Source: Candidatus Coproplasma avicola (lineage in GTDB: Bacteria; Bacillota; Clostridia; Christensenellales; Borkfalkiaceae). From it: a stretch of 64,000 nt of DNA. The notes under the pieces were generated by a model. That model saw only the letters and a program-made list of their open reading frames with translations, was not told where the DNA came from and searched no databases. The stretch spans positions 8,834 to 72,833 of the forward strand of contig DVHK01000093.1 in the NCBI GenBank assembly GCA_018712135.1. The letters are read 5' to 3'. Numbering within the stretch: the stretch's first letter is position 1; every line of letters begins with the position of its first letter. Shown piece after piece: positions 61,886 to 64,000 of the stretch. The position numbers were made by a program, and so were the translations under genes.

Positions 61886-63999
61886 TTATTTATTGGGAAT
61901 TTGTTCTATCATATAGCATTCTATGATGTCGCCGACACGGATATCGTTGAATCCTTCAATAGCGCAGCCGCATTCGTAGCCGTAATTGACCTCTTTTACA
62001 TCATCCTTGAAGCGTTTGAGCTGCTGAACATTACCTTCGACAATGAGCACGTCGTCGCGATAAATGCGTAGCTTTCCGCCGCGTACGAGCTTACCTTCCT
62101 TTACATAGCAGCCCGCAACCGTGCCAACGCCCGTAATCTTGAAAGTCTGCCTTACTTCGCACTTGCCGAGGTAAACTTCCTGATACTTGGGAGCGAGCAT
62201 TCCCTTTAACGAAGCTTCGACGTCGTCAAGAAGGTCATAAATTATGCGATAGAGCCTAATGTCAACCTTGCTGCGCTCGGCAGTTGCCTTCGCCTTTGCG
62301 TCCGGACGGACGTTGAAACCAAGAATTATTGCATTTGAAGAATCGGCGAGCATGACGTCAGATTCGTTTATGGCACCCGCACCGCTGTGAATAACCTTGA
62401 CCTGAACTTCTTCGTTGGAAAGTTTTACAACCGACTGTTTAACCGCCTCGACAGAGCCTTGGACATCGCCCTTGACTATGAGGTTGAGCGTCTTCATATT
62501 GCCTTCGGCAATCTTGCCGAAAACATCGTCGAGGGAGATTTTGGACGCGGCTTTTACCATTGCATCCGACTCCTTTCTCTTGCGCTCTTCGATGACCGAC
62601 TTCATGAGTTCCTGCGAAACGGCAAAAATACTGTCGCCCGCGTTGGGAACCTGCTCAAAACCGAGCACGTAAACCGCCGAGGAAGGCCCTGCTTCCTTTA
62701 CCGTTCTGCCCTTGTCGTCTATCATTGCACGGACTCTGCCCGTAATCAAACCGGAAATTATGTTGTCGCCCGTGTGCAGCGTGCCGTTCTGAATGAGAAC
62801 GGTTGCAACAGGCCCCTTGCCTTTATCGAGCTGAGCCTCTATTACAGTGCCGCGCGCCTCCCTTGCAGGGTTGGCAAGAAGTTCCTTCATTTCTGCGACT
62901 ATCAGGATATTTTCAAGAAGCTCGTCTATGCCCTGACCCGTCTTGCAGGAAATGAGGCATACGGGAATATCGCCGCCCCATTCTTCGGGAACGAGGTCGT
63001 ACTTCATGAGCTCCTGCTTAACCTTATCGGGGTTTGCGCCGGCTTTATCTATTTTATTTATGGCAACTATTATAGAAACGTTTGCCGCCTTTGCATGGTT
63101 TATCGCTTCGACTGTCTGCGGCATTATGCCGTCGTCTGCCGCAACGACAAGGATAACTATATCGGTAACTTGTGCGCCGCGCGCGCGCATTGCCGTGAAT
63201 GCCTCGTGTCCCGGCGTATCTATGAAAGTTATGCTTTTTCCGCTTACAGTAACCGAATACGCACCGATATGCTGGGTGATGCCGCCTGCTTCGCCTGCGG
63301 CGACGTTCTGGCGGCGGATGTAGTCCAAAAGTGAAGTCTTGCCGTGGTCGACGTGTCCCATGACTGTGACGACGGGCGCACGGGGAACGAGGCTTTCGAT
63401 TTCTTCAACCGTATCTGCCTGCTTTTCGGAGAGAATTTCCTCCGCCGTCTTTTCGGGCTTATATTCAAGCTCTATGCCCATACCCGCGGCGAGAAGCGCA
63501 GCGGTATCATAATCGATGCTTTCGTTTACCGTCTTCATTATGCCCTCTTTGAAGAGACGCTTCGTAATTTCGACGGCGGTGATGCCGAGCTTTTCAGACA
63601 ACACTTTTAAAGGTATTTCGCTTGTAGTGACGACGGCGTGGTCGATTTTTATAGTCTGCGCACTCTGCTGTTTTTTATCCTTTTTTACGCGCAGTTTTCT
63701 GTAACCGCTCTTATCCTCGTCAAAGTCCGAAACCGAAGGCCCCTGCTGTTTTGCAAGCGACCTCTTTGAAGGGGCGCGGCGCTCTTTTTCGACATAAGTC
63801 CTCTCATAGCCGCCCTTCTTTTTATCCGGTCCGAAATTTTTAGCAGCAGGCTTTGCCTGAGCAGCAGATGCAGCAGGCTTTGCCCCTACCTGGGGACGGG
63901 ACGGCTGGGGAGTGCGCACCTGTGCGCCCTGGGGACGGGCGGAACGCTCGCCGCGTGGTTTGCCGCCGTCGCTGTTTACAAATGTTTTGCCTGTATTTG
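61886..63999 (-). CDS. infB: Translation initiation factor IF-2; N-terminus lies beyond the window end
   Basis: GTPase motifs [20 protein letters not shown] and NKID. The frame stays open upstream of the ORF-track GTG at 63919, through the basic region ...[19 protein letters not shown], to the last base. Confidence 0.95.
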   Translation of the reverse strand, partial: NTGKTFVNSDGGKPRGERSARPQGAQVRTPQPSRPQVGAKPAASAAQAKPAAKNFGPDKKKGGYERTYVEKERRAPSKRSLAKQQGPSVSDFDEDKSGYRKLRVKKDKKQQSAQTIKIDHAVVTTSEIPLKVLSEKLGITAVEITKRLFKEGIMKTVNESIDYDTAALLAAGMGIELEYKPEKTAEEILSEKQADTVEEIESLVPRAPVVTVMGHVDHGKTSLLDYIRRQNVAAGEAGGITQHIGAYSVTVSGKSITFIDTPGHEAFTAMRARGAQVTDIVILVVAADDGIMPQTVEAINHAKAANVSIIVAINKIDKAGANPDKVKQELMKYDLVPEEWGGDIPVCLISCKTGQGIDELLENILIVAEMKELLANPAREARGTVIEAQLDKGKGPVATVLIQNGTLHTGDNIISGLITGRVRAMIDDKGRTVKEAGPSSAVYVLGFEQVPNAGDSIFAVSQELMKSVIEERKRKESDAMVKAASKISLDDVFGKIAEGNMKTLNLIVKGDVQGSVEAVKQSVVKLSNEEVQVKVIHSGAGAINESDVMLADSSNAIILGFNVRPDAKAKATAERSKVDIRLYRIIYDLLDDVEASLKGMLAPKYQEVYLGKCEVRQTFKITGVGTVAGCYVKEGKLVRGGKLRIYRDDVLIVEGNVQQLKRFKDDVKEVNYGYECGCAIEGFNDIRVGDIIECYMIEQIPNK

Positions 64000-64000
64000 C

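Overview
Chromosomal segment with Firmicutes/Clostridia-like gene order. As printed the sequence has 63,999 nt (last line is 39 nt). No rRNA, CRISPR array, transposase, integrase or phage genes were recognised.

The two ends are housekeeping genes. Left end (1-18.1 kb): hypoxanthine/uracil-DNA-glycosylase-like gene, M16 peptidase, polysaccharide deacetylase, mutS2, U32 peptidase, Cof-type HAD phosphatase, uvrC, a MarR-controlled heterodimeric ABC exporter, a TetR unit, murG and mntP. Right end (51-64 kb): dtd, efp, M24 aminopeptidase, nfo-like TIM barrel, ribF, truB, nrnA, rbfA and infB (5' partial).

The middle (about 18.1-51.1 kb) is accessory-looking and is bracketed by two tRNA genes whose 3' ends point inward. 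It holds three notable units:
- A membrane redox module: a CxxC-tailed membrane protein followed by a NapH-like polyferredoxin fused to an extracytoplasmic TlpA-type thioredoxin domain.
- About 23 kb of same-strand genes (27.1-50.3 kb, minus strand): a 2632-aa S8 protease with a long leucine-rich-repeat region, two Flg_new/LRR lipoproteins, an Opp-type peptide ABC importer with an oversized 889-aa binding protein, a 971-aa lipoprotein carrying a second thioredoxin CxxC domain, and a small lipoprotein.
- An orphan 971-aa lipoprotein at 19.9-22.8 kb.

Other points worth a second look:
- A RibF with a roughly 350-aa polyacidic tail encoded by a 39-nt tandem repeat.
- A tRNA-Pro-like gene whose anticodon reads AGG, followed by a 26-nt att-like duplicate of its 3' end.
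- A promoter-to-terminator small-RNA candidate beside tRNA-Gly.
- Several near-consensus promoters placed 6-8 nt from start codons, which predicts leaderless mRNAs.

All family assignments come from motif recognition by eye. No database search was run.
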